Part shown: positions 11,139 through 19,641 of the stretch, in pieces | How positions within the stretch are numbered: position 1 is the stretch's first letter | Layout of the letters: each line of letters opens with the position of its first letter | NCBI GenBank assembly: GCA_963752565.1 | Contig: CAVVZC010000021.1 | Span: forward strand, 64,934-128,933 | DNA length: 64,000 nt | Direction: 5' to 3' | Source: an uncultured delta proteobacterium | GTDB lineage: Bacteria; Desulfobacterota; Desulfobacteria; Desulfobacterales; UBA11574 | Notes under the pieces: model-generated | What the model saw: only the letters and a program-made list of their open reading frames with translations | What the model was told of the DNA's origin: nothing | Database searches by the model: none | Made by a program: the position numbers and the translations under genes

Positions 11139-12320
11139 ATGACGTTTACTTTGGTAGAAAATGAAAATTTTGCAAAGATCATGGTTATTGGTGTTGGTGG
11201 CGCCGGTGGAAACGCGATCAACAACATGATCGATTCCAAGCTTCAGGGCGTGAGGTTTATCGCCGCCAATACAGATGCCCAGGCCCTTGAGGTTTCCAAG
11301 GCAACTGTCAAGCTCCAGATCGGGGAACAGCTCACACAGGGGCTCGGGGCCGGCGCCAACCCTCAAATCGGACGGGAAGCGGCGCTGGAAAATGCCGAAA
11401 CCCTCAAAAACACACTTGATGGCAGTCATATGGTGTTCATTACGGCAGGATTCGGAGGCGGCACTGGAACAGGGGCTGCTCCGGTCATTGCTGAACTCTG
11501 CAAAGAAATTGATGTCTTGACGGTGGCGGTGGTCACAAAACCGTTTTCATTTGAAGGCCGAAAAAGGGCCAAACAGGCTGAAGAAGGGATTAATCTTCTC
11601 AAAAAAGTGGCAGATACGGTGATCACCATCCCCAACGACAGACTCAGGGGGCTTGCATCCAAAAATGCCAGAATGATCGATATGTTTAAGAAAGCGGATG
11701 AGGTGCTGCTTCATTCCGTTAAAGGGATTACGGATCTTATTATGATGCCGGGGCTTATCAATCTTGACTTTGCCGATGTTAAAACGATTATGTCCAAAGC
11801 AGGTATGGCCATCATGGGTATCGGCATCGCAAATGGAGAAAATCGTGCCCTGGAAGCTGCCGAGCAGGCGATATCCCACCCACTCTTGGAAGATATCGCC
11901 ATTTCCGGCGCAAGGGGTGTTTTAATGAACATCACCAGTAACAGCGATTTGACAATGGAAGAGATGACGGAAGCTTCCGATCGGATATATAATGAAGTCG
12001 GGGAGGATGCCGACATTATATGGGGAACCGCAGTAGATGACAGCGTTGGCAATGAAATGCGCGTCACTGTCATTGCCACCGGAATCGATTCGGGTCCTGA
12101 CACCAGCATAAAAAATGAACTCAGAGGCAAGGTCAGAGATATCACGTTGGACGATATAAACGATGCCGTAGATTATGACGAACCGACATTTATTCGTCGG
12201 AAGCACGCAGTGGGTGAATCGAGTGGCAGTACCTACAGAGGGTACAGGGGTATTGTCGTCGACAATGCCGACCTTGCGAGTCTAGATGTCCCGACATTTT
12301 TACGGAGAAAGGCGGATTAG
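11139..12320 (+). CDS. ftsZ: cell division GTPase FtsZ
   Basis: Tubulin signature GGGTGTGAAPVIA and C-terminal tail DVPTFLRRKAD. ATG 11139 is preceded by AGGAGGTG. The track ORF begins 9 nt earlier, at GTG 11130. Confidence 0.95.
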   Translation: MTFTLVENENFAKIMVIGVGGAGGNAINNMIDSKLQGVRFIAANTDAQALEVSKATVKLQIGEQLTQGLGAGANPQIGREAALENAETLKNTLDGSHMVFITAGFGGGTGTGAAPVIAELCKEIDVLTVAVVTKPFSFEGRKRAKQAEEGINLLKKVADTVITIPNDRLRGLASKNARMIDMFKKADEVLLHSVKGITDLIMMPGLINLDFADVKTIMSKAGMAIMGIGIANGENRALEAAEQAISHPLLEDIAISGARGVLMNITSNSDLTMEEMTEASDRIYNEVGEDADIIWGTAVDDSVGNEMRVTVIATGIDSGPDTSIKNELRGKVRDITLDDINDAVDYDEPTFIRRKHAVGESSGSTYRGYRGIVVDNADLASLDVPTFLRRKAD

Positions 12321-12493
12321 TCGCTCGTGTGCAATATTACTGCTTATTGTAACAAAAGATGCTAAAAATATGATTCCCTTATTGCAAATAATTGAATATT
12401 TTCAATTGCCAATCCTGTTTGGCTTATTCTGAGTCGAAAACAGTACAAGCAGGAGGCCGGTTTGCCCGGGTTAGATTTTACGAATGATCAACA

Positions 12494-14242
12494 ATGGCAT
12501 GGACAACCCATAAATTCCGTAAGAACATTACGGATTCCGAAACGGGCGTTATCCGTAAAAAATGGAACGGACGCATCAAGGTCGCGCTGGTGTATCCAAA
12601 CACGTATCACGTTGGAATGTCCAATCTCGGTTTTCAGGCAGTATATGAACTCATCAATACATTTGAGAATGTCGTATGTGAAAGGTCATTTCTTCCGGAC
12701 GATGGCGGTTCGGGTACAACAGATCGCATCACCACCCTGGAGTCCGGGAATCCCATTTCAGCATATGACCTTATCGCTTTTTCAGTTTCATATGAGAACG
12801 ACTACCCCAACCTCCTTACAATTCTTGAGAAAGCCAAACTCCCCCTGGGATTCAAAGACAGAGGAATCCCCCACCCTCTTGTTATTGCAGGGGGAGTCGC
12901 TTTTTTTTTAAACCCAGAACCATTGGCGCCGTTTATCGACTGTTTTCTTATCGGTGAAGCTGAAGCTATTTTGCCTCGATTTTTTGACACGGTCTCACAT
13001 GACCTACTGACCCAAGACAGAACATCGTGTTTAAATACACTTGCCCGTGAGGTTCCCGGCGTTTATGTTCCATTATTATACCGGGCTGCATACAATTCAG
13101 ATGGAACCCTTGGTTCATTTGAACCCATATCCGATGTACCGACCAGAGTTGAGCGCCAGTATGTGAAAGATCTTTCCCGGATTCCCACCTGTAGTCCGAT
13201 CATCACACCTGATACCATCTTTGACAGTACGTTTCTCATCGAAGTCAGCAGAGGCTGTCCGCATGGTTGCAGGTTCTGCGGCACAGGATTTGTGTACAGA
13301 CCGCCAAGATTCAGGTCCTTTTCTCTTTTAAAAGAATGTATGGAGCAGGGGGCTTCAAAGGCGGATAAAATAGGCCTTGTCGGCGCTGCCGTATCGGATC
13401 TTCCGGATCTCAATAAAATCTGCGGGCGGGAATTTGAAAAGGACGCCCGAATATCTTTCAGCTCTCTCAGGGCGGACGCATTGACGCCCGAACTCCTATC
13501 AACCCTCAAAAAGAGTAAAACCAAAACAGCCACCATTGCACCGGATGCCGGATCAGAACGGATGCGCAACGTCATTAACAAGGGCATCAGTGAAACCGAC
13601 ATCCTGAATGCCGCCGAACAGATTGTTGCCGCAGGAATCCCCAACCTAAAACTCTATTTTATGGTCGGTCTTCCCACGGAAACCATGGACGATGTTGAAG
13701 CCATTGTTACACTATGCAAGAAAATCAAGCATCAATTCCTCAAATCGAGCCGGGTCAAAAAACATATGGGTGAGATCACCGTAAGTCTAAACAGTTTTGT
13801 TCCCAAACCGTTCACCCCTTTTCAATGGGTTGAGATGGATGATGTTCATCTGCTTAAATCCAAGATTAAAAAAGTCAAGAACGGCCTGAAAAGGGTGGCA
13901 AACGTTCGTGTCCATGCGGATATTCCGAGATGGGCATACATTCAGGCACTGCTGTCACGAGGAGATCGAAAGGTTGCACAAATATTGTCCCTGGTGAACA
14001 CGAACCAGGGAAACTGGCCCAAAACCTTTAAATCTTCTCCCATAAACCCTGATTTTTATGTTCTCAGGGAGCGTTCTTTGGATGAATTGCTCCCCTGGGA
14101 CTTTATCGATCACGGCATCAAAAAGTCTTTTCTCAAAGCAGAGTACAAAAGAGCCCTTCAGGGTAAAACCTCGCCCCCTTGTCCCATGGAATCTTGCAAT
14201 ATTTGCGGTGTCTGCAAAGAAAAAGTCAAAAACAAAACTTGA
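12494..14242 (+). CDS. B12-binding-domain radical SAM protein
   Basis: 582 aa. Cx3Cx2C cluster motif in VSRGCPHGCRFCGTG. The N-terminal region resembles cobalamin-binding class B radical SAM enzymes. C-terminal Cys pair CPMESCNICGVC. Confidence 0.75.
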   Translation: MAWTTHKFRKNITDSETGVIRKKWNGRIKVALVYPNTYHVGMSNLGFQAVYELINTFENVVCERSFLPDDGGSGTTDRITTLESGNPISAYDLIAFSVSYENDYPNLLTILEKAKLPLGFKDRGIPHPLVIAGGVAFFLNPEPLAPFIDCFLIGEAEAILPRFFDTVSHDLLTQDRTSCLNTLAREVPGVYVPLLYRAAYNSDGTLGSFEPISDVPTRVERQYVKDLSRIPTCSPIITPDTIFDSTFLIEVSRGCPHGCRFCGTGFVYRPPRFRSFSLLKECMEQGASKADKIGLVGAAVSDLPDLNKICGREFEKDARISFSSLRADALTPELLSTLKKSKTKTATIAPDAGSERMRNVINKGISETDILNAAEQIVAAGIPNLKLYFMVGLPTETMDDVEAIVTLCKKIKHQFLKSSRVKKHMGEITVSLNSFVPKPFTPFQWVEMDDVHLLKSKIKKVKNGLKRVANVRVHADIPRWAYIQALLSRGDRKVAQILSLVNTNQGNWPKTFKSSPINPDFYVLRERSLDELLPWDFIDHGIKKSFLKAEYKRALQGKTSPPCPMESCNICGVCKEKVKNKT

Positions 14243-14246
14243 TTTT

Positions 14247-16418
14247 TCAGTGTTTCTTTTTTTCCTGCCATGGATATGTCACCCGGGAATGGAATGTAGC
14301 CTCTATGGAATGGGTCAGTACCTCAACAATCTTTGCTATATCGCTCGTAGAAACATTGCATTCGTCGAATTGACCATCAGCAATTCGTTTTACAATATTG
14401 AGGAGAATCATTTTCTCGATTTGTTCCTGTGTCGGCGCCTCCATGGATCTAAAGGTGGCCTCAACCGAATCCACTATCATCAATATTGCGGCTTCAAGGC
14501 TTTGGGGCTTTGGGCCTGGATACCGGAAATCTATTTTGCTGGGCTTGGACTTGTTATTTGCCTTGACGGCCTTGTTGTAAAAAAATTCAACAAACAGCGT
14601 CCCATGATGCTGCTTGATAAGGTCCAAAATAACTTCGGGGAGTCCATTCTCCCTTCCGATTTTTTCACCATTTCTTACATGATCGATAATGAGTTGGGCA
14701 CTCTCTAACGGGTCCAATTTATCATGAGGATTTTCGCCACTTGATTGGTTTTCAGAAAAAAACGTGGGATTTGCCATTTTTCCTATATCATGGTAGTAAG
14801 CAGCCGTTCTCAAAAGGAGGGTATTGACCCCAACGGCCTCTCCTGCCGCTTGAGCAAGGGATGCCATTGTCATGCTATGTTGATAAGTTGCCGGGATTTT
14901 AGAGAAGAGGTCTTTTAGAAGGGGATGTTGGAGGTCTGAGTACTTTGTGATTTTAAAGTTGGAGGTGGCATAACGGCCCGCTTCCAATATCGGCAATAGA
15001 CATAATGCAATGGGTCCTGATAGAATGCCGCCTGTAAAGGCCCAGCCCAGACTATCGGATAAACGCTTGTCAAAAACCATAGCCTTTAAAGACATCCAAA
15101 TTTCGTTTGATTTTCCCAGCAAAGGGGTGATGTTTTGCCACTTTATAGAAAACGCCAAAAGCACAGCCACGTTGATAATTCCAACGACAATGGAAGGGAG
15201 TAAAATATGGATGCGTTTTTTTATCTTAGAGGAGAACAAGATAGCAGCCAAACCAGCGAAAGTGAAAAAAAGGAATATCTGAAAGGATCGGGCTGAAAAT
15301 AGTGTTAGCAATATCGCTCCTATCACCGTAGACCAGGTGGCGGCGACCCTTCCATGATTTAAAAGAATGATTACAAGCGGGAGCATGGCGAAAGGAACAA
15401 AATACAGGGGAAAAGGAGTGAACAAGAGGCAAGACTTGAAAAGGAAAATACTTAATATCAACAGAGAGAGGATCGGACGGAAATGGATTGTTTTCCGCTG
15501 TCCAGAACCCAAAATTTTCAAAATAAACAAGTCATTAAATACTATTATCAGAAGTGTTACAATAAAAACAAAGGGAATTATGCTATAAAGATTTTTATTA
15601 GCAAACTCCAAATGAGATACAATCAGCAATAAATCCTCTTCATTGAGCACTTTGCGAAACGGTACGAGGACATCCCCTGGTTGGTAATGAATGACTTTGG
15701 AGGGATAACGCCTGACGATCTCTTCAATCCTTCTGTCGTTCTCATCGTTGTCATATTTCAGGGTTGGCAGGAGGGCGGATTGTAATATTTCTATAACAGG
15801 ATCCAAGACGCCTTTATCTACTTGCCAAAACAGTTTGGTGGCTTTGTCCTGCAGCACGAGACGGGCCTGTTTCAGGGTAAGGATTTCATCCGTTGGATGG
15901 GCCACAATCCCCTTTGGTTCTGGATAGAGCACCTCAACTGCGATTTTATCGTTGTATGGCTTCGAGTCTTCCACTATGATATTTTGCATGATGCTTTTTT
16001 CAACGGTCAAGATACCGTCCAAAAGGCTTGTCATATTTTGGTAGCGAAGAAATTTGTCTGCTTCATCCAGACCGAGTTTCAACCCGAACGCTTCATGAAG
16101 ATATTCTACCAGTTCATTCCCTGTAAAAGGTTTTTGTTCTTGAAGGAATGAGATTTCTTTTATTAGCTCCTCCATTCTTTTTCTTACTTTTTTGGCATTA
16201 CTTGGAAGATAGGTATACAAAGGGATATACCGGGAAAGAGCTATATCGCGTCTGCCGCCGAGAGCCTTGTCTTGGTCAAAAGTAAAAAACCCTTGGGACC
16301 GAACAGTGAAAGGGGCAGCCTTGCCCAGTTTAGGTGGAACGGCAGTGAAATAAACATACTCGACATAAGATGCAAGTATGGTTGCGATCACAAGTATGAT
16401 GTTGAGAAACAGTCTCAT
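14247..16418 (-). CDS. 7TM-HD membrane phosphohydrolase (PgpH/YqfF-like, HDIG domain)
   Basis: 723 aa. Extracellular N-domain, about 7 TM helices, and a C-terminal HD domain (AAYYHDIGKMANP, QHHGTLFVEFF). Confidence 0.8.
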   Translation of the reverse strand: MRLFLNIILVIATILASYVEYVYFTAVPPKLGKAAPFTVRSQGFFTFDQDKALGGRRDIALSRYIPLYTYLPSNAKKVRKRMEELIKEISFLQEQKPFTGNELVEYLHEAFGLKLGLDEADKFLRYQNMTSLLDGILTVEKSIMQNIIVEDSKPYNDKIAVEVLYPEPKGIVAHPTDEILTLKQARLVLQDKATKLFWQVDKGVLDPVIEILQSALLPTLKYDNDENDRRIEEIVRRYPSKVIHYQPGDVLVPFRKVLNEEDLLLIVSHLEFANKNLYSIIPFVFIVTLLIIVFNDLFILKILGSGQRKTIHFRPILSLLILSIFLFKSCLLFTPFPLYFVPFAMLPLVIILLNHGRVAATWSTVIGAILLTLFSARSFQIFLFFTFAGLAAILFSSKIKKRIHILLPSIVVGIINVAVLLAFSIKWQNITPLLGKSNEIWMSLKAMVFDKRLSDSLGWAFTGGILSGPIALCLLPILEAGRYATSNFKITKYSDLQHPLLKDLFSKIPATYQHSMTMASLAQAAGEAVGVNTLLLRTAAYYHDIGKMANPTFFSENQSSGENPHDKLDPLESAQLIIDHVRNGEKIGRENGLPEVILDLIKQHHGTLFVEFFYNKAVKANNKSKPSKIDFRYPGPKPQSLEAAILMIVDSVEATFRSMEAPTQEQIEKMILLNIVKRIADGQFDECNVSTSDIAKIVEVLTHSIEATFHSRVTYPWQEKKKH

Positions 16419-16778
16419 GTCGGTTTTATTAAAGGTTTAAAATTGAATTCCCCGCTGCTTGTTGGAGAAAAGCGAAAATCTCGCCTACCGGGATCGAATT
16501 GTAGTGGAGATTCCGTCTCTCGGAGCTGCGGGGATAAGAAATTTAGCCCGCTGGCGGCGAGTCAACCTTTCTAAAATTTAAGCGGCGTAGCCGATATCGA
16601 TAAAAATTACCATATATATATCAAAAACAATCCATTCAGTCAACCCGCCGAATTTGTATAATTATACAAAATTTAAAAGAGGTTACGTACTTGTTACAAT
16701 GGACATTGGAGGTTGGATTTAACCAACCTTTGGTTCGATCATTCATTTTGATGAAACCATTATTGATTAATTATGGTT

Positions 16779-17231
16779 TCATTTGTCGTTTTCAGGCGTG
16801 CATTCACGTGTCTCCCACCAATCTTTGCCATAATTGATAAACAGCTGTTCACCGGCAGAGACATCTTTTATTGTATGGAAAACGATCAGGTCCCGCTCCG
16901 TATCGTGCCAGTATTCGGTATTGTGTTCATCAGAGTGATTAAAAATACTTCCACATCCAAGCGGAAGCGAGTAGCATTCAGACGATTCTTTTGAATCATC
17001 ATCATCCGCAGCGACACTATAGACGTAGTCGTCTATAATACCCGAGCAGTCTTTCTTTCTAACACGCAAGTGATAGCATTCTTCCAGTGTTGTATCTGCC
17101 GGAATATATTCGGTAGCGAAAACGCCGTGGCCGAATTTACAAGGTGCCACAACCAGATCGGGGTGTCTAAATAATGGTTGAGATAAGTGTTTGTTCATGT
17201 TTCCTTTCCGGTGCTTCATCGTGATGATCAC
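16779..17231 (-). CDS. SET-domain protein (putative protein-lysine methyltransferase)
   Basis: 150 aa. SET-like motifs GSIFNHSDEHNTEY and GEQLFINYG. Confidence 0.65.
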   Translation of the reverse strand: MIITMKHRKGNMNKHLSQPLFRHPDLVVAPCKFGHGVFATEYIPADTTLEECYHLRVRKKDCSGIIDDYVYSVAADDDDSKESSECYSLPLGCGSIFNHSDEHNTEYWHDTERDLIVFHTIKDVSAGEQLFINYGKDWWETRECTPENDK

Positions 17232-17763
17232 CTAAATTGAGCGATTGCTGATATGCCCGAAATCATTGTCCAATTTTTTCATACATTCGACTTTTATCCC
17301 ATTGATACAGGCGTGGTCAATAAAAATAGAATCTATTTCAGTTGTTGGCCGATAAACTTTTCACTAAGAGATTTGCATCTATATTTTAAATATTATTGAA
17401 AATATATAATGTAAATATCATATAAGGGGATTTTGTAAAAATAGCCAAGGACCGCGGGTGTAAGTCTGTGGATGTTGAACGGTATATCATCGTCGTCCAT
17501 TGGCAAATCATTAAAACAATGATAAAAGGGTGTCGTATTTAACAATTATACGTGTTCACGAGGAAGCCCACCCCGTGCACGTACTAAGAATTTATATCCT
17601 TGAGTGGTAAATTTACAGAATCGTGATAGCGGAGTTTTAAGAAATGAAAAAAGGTTTTATGTTTAAATCCCTGCGGTGGTTGTTGTGCTAAATTGATATC
17701 CATTTTTTTTATGATAATGTACAAAATTTTAATTAAGAGAGAAATTTATAGATTTGAACAATA

Positions 17764-18387
17764 ATGATGAATTCTTATCAGAGAGAACAGATAGTAACAT
17801 TGAATATGGTATGCCGTCACCTAAAGACGATTTCCGTAACGGAAAAACAGCGACTTTTATCGCAAATTTCTGATTATCTGCTGTTTCGTGATGAAGTGGA
17901 CGCATTTCTTGGCGGTCATTTTGAAAACATCTGCACCCAAAAGTGTTATCAAAGCAAAATAAGTGCTTGTTGTTCCCGTGAAGGTATCATCACGTTTTTC
18001 GCAGATGTGGTGGTGAACTTACTGGTATCGAATGAAACGGAAATCAAAGCCTTGGCGAGGGTCCTTAGAAAGCCCAATGATGGATTTAAATGCATTTATC
18101 TGGGTGGTCATGGGTGCATGTGGCGAATCAAGCCTATCATCTGTGAGATGTTTCTTTGTGATCCGGCTAAAGATTCGGTATTCAAAGAAAAACCTTTGAC
18201 GAATAAATTATGGCTGGAATTGAAGCAGCGCGAGAAACATTACCGGTGGCCTGACCGACCGGTACTTTTTGATGATCTTGAAAAATATTTTATGACTGCG
18301 GGATATTCTTCCCCGCTCATGTATCTTAATAACAGCCCTGGACTTTTGCGCGTGAAAGAACTGGCCAAGAAAAGCAATCAGAAATAA
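17764..18387 (+). CDS. Cys-rich protein, YkgJ-type (CxxCxxCC-like zinc/iron-chelating domain) candidate
   Basis: 207 aa. Cys clusters CTQKCYQSKISACC and CIYLGGHGCMWRIKPIICEMFLC. The family assignment is tentative. Confidence 0.45.
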   Translation: MMNSYQREQIVTLNMVCRHLKTISVTEKQRLLSQISDYLLFRDEVDAFLGGHFENICTQKCYQSKISACCSREGIITFFADVVVNLLVSNETEIKALARVLRKPNDGFKCIYLGGHGCMWRIKPIICEMFLCDPAKDSVFKEKPLTNKLWLELKQREKHYRWPDRPVLFDDLEKYFMTAGYSSPLMYLNNSPGLLRVKELAKKSNQK

Positions 18388-18480
18388 TCGTAACATCCTA
18401 TTTGCCCATTATATAGGTTCATGCAGTTTTTTCTTTTGGGCAACTTTTTTTTAAAAAAGTGTTGCAATTTATAAAATTAT

Positions 18481-18500
18481 ATGTTTAGTAAAATAAACAT
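18481..18500. promoter_or_regulatory. candidate operator palindrome ATGTTTA-N6-TAAACAT upstream of the CI/LexA-like repressor
   Basis: 7-bp inverted arms read directly, about 30 nt upstream of the repressor start. The half-site TAAACAT recurs at about 19215-19221, upstream of the 54-aa ORF. Confidence 0.3.
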
Positions 18501-18527
18501 TTTGATTTCAACCTTTATGTTCAGGGA

Positions 18528-19187
18528 ATGAATATGGTCGCACATAGATTTGAATCCTTTTTACAACGGGTTTTTGAAGCCACCGGGATCGCTTCGCAAA
18601 CTGAATTGGCGTCTGCTCTGAATGTCAACCGATCAGCGATCACGCAAGCCCGGAAAAAGGATTCCATACCGGACAAATGGATATTGAAGCTGTATCGAAC
18701 CTTCGGTTTAAGCCCTGACTGGATAGAAACCGGCTATGGCCCGACCTTTCTGAAGCAATCTGATCCAAGCGACTCTCTTTTTAAAAATGTTCCAAAGGTT
18801 AAAGCCCGGTTGAGTGCGGGAGGCGGTTCTTTTGAAGTCGGATCTGAAATAAAAGGATATTACGGCTTCCGAAAGGACTGGCTGACAACCAAGGGAAACA
18901 TAAATAAGATGGTCTTAATGGATATTTTTGGCAATAGTATGGAACCTGAAATAAAGGATGGAGATACCGTACTTATCGATGAATCTCAAAAGGACATTTT
19001 AGCGGGCGCTATATATGCTGTTGGTATTGATGATACAATAATGGTCAAAAGGCTGGAAAAACATCCCAATAAATTGGTTTTACACAGTGATAACAAAGAA
19101 TATTCTCCGATTTATCTTCAGGGCAGTGAAATAAACAGCATCCGTATTATTGGAAAAGTCATCTGGACTTGCAGGGAATTCAGGTAA
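18528..19187 (+). CDS. CI/LexA-like repressor (phage-CI-type HTH + S24 peptidase domain)
   Basis: 219 aa. N-terminal HTH (QTELASALNVNRSAITQARKK, KWILKL). C-terminal S24 motifs GNSMEPEIKDGDTVLID and MVKRL (Ser/Lys dyad context). Confidence 0.8.
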   Translation: MNMVAHRFESFLQRVFEATGIASQTELASALNVNRSAITQARKKDSIPDKWILKLYRTFGLSPDWIETGYGPTFLKQSDPSDSLFKNVPKVKARLSAGGGSFEVGSEIKGYYGFRKDWLTTKGNINKMVLMDIFGNSMEPEIKDGDTVLIDESQKDILAGAIYAVGIDDTIMVKRLEKHPNKLVLHSDNKEYSPIYLQGSEINSIRIIGKVIWTCREFR

Positions 19188-19257
19188 TTTTTTTTGCTCT
19201 TGAAGTTAATAAATATAAACATTTGATTATAAATATAAACTCATGGGAGGGTGAAAA

Positions 19258-19422
19258 ATGACGATCCAAAACTATTATTCAGATTATCATGAAAGCTATG
19301 AATATCATGGAAACACTGCGGTTGAAATAACCCTTACAGAGAAGGGAGTTACAATCAAACGAGATTGGATATTTTTTGATTCTGTTAAGGAAGCCCAAGC
19401 TTTTTTTTATGAAAACAATTAG
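19258..19422 (+). CDS. unlisted 54-aa ORF (MTIQNYYSDYHESYEYHGNTAVEITLTEKGVTIKRDWIFFDSVKEAQAFFYENN)
   Basis: Hand-translated and below the track cutoff. The SD-like GGGAGGGTG ends about 5 nt before the ATG. Confidence 0.4.
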   Translation: MTIQNYYSDYHESYEYHGNTAVEITLTEKGVTIKRDWIFFDSVKEAQAFFYENN

Positions 19423-19525
19423 GTTGATTTTCTATAGTGATTCTAAAAATTAAGCCGTTGGTCAACCCCCCAAAGTCGGATAAATGCTTCAGGAAACATC
19501 CGGGTTGGTGATTATGGAGGATACC

Positions 19526-19621
19526 ATGTTCGATAGAATTATTGATGGTTTGTTGGATTTTGTTTTTATGGTTATGATTTTAATACTGTCAATCTTGGGA
19601 ACGTTGGTTGTGGGCATGTAA
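19526..19621 (+). CDS. unlisted 31-aa hydrophobic peptide (MFDRIIDGLLDFVFMVMILILSILGTLVVGM)
   Basis: Hand-translated. GGAGG lies 5 nt upstream of the ATG. One predicted TM helix. An in-frame ATG at 19514 would give 35 aa. Confidence 0.4.
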   Translation: MFDRIIDGLLDFVFMVMILILSILGTLVVGM

Positions 19622-19641
19622 TTTAATGCAATGTTCTCTGG

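Noticed and set aside
34-12206. Numerous 60-150-aa antisense or out-of-frame ORFs inside the dcw genes (for example 324-701, 6803-7174, 11711-12145)
   Set aside because: All are fully embedded in strongly supported conserved genes, and their composition is typical of shadow frames.
12462-12911. 149-aa ORF overlapping the 5' end of the radical SAM gene in another frame
   Set aside because: The 582-aa frame carries the Cx3Cx2C radical SAM motif and runs the full length. The overlapping frame has no features.
14058-14708. Plus-strand 216-aa ORF, plus other plus-strand ORFs between 14.2 and 16.6 kb
   Set aside because: They are antisense to the 723-aa 7TM-HD gene, which has clear domain motifs. 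They have no motifs of their own.
16751-16782. 10-bp inverted repeat ATGAAACCAT-N12-ATGGTTTCAT overlapping the SET gene stop, considered as its terminator
   Set aside because: On the minus-strand transcript no U-run follows the stem. It may still be structural, but a terminator call is not supported.
17644-17691. 15-codon ORF (MKKGFMFKSLRWLLC) upstream of the Cys-rich protein, considered as a leader peptide
   Set aside because: It has no convincing SD or attenuator-like alternative hairpins. It is too short to support without conservation data.
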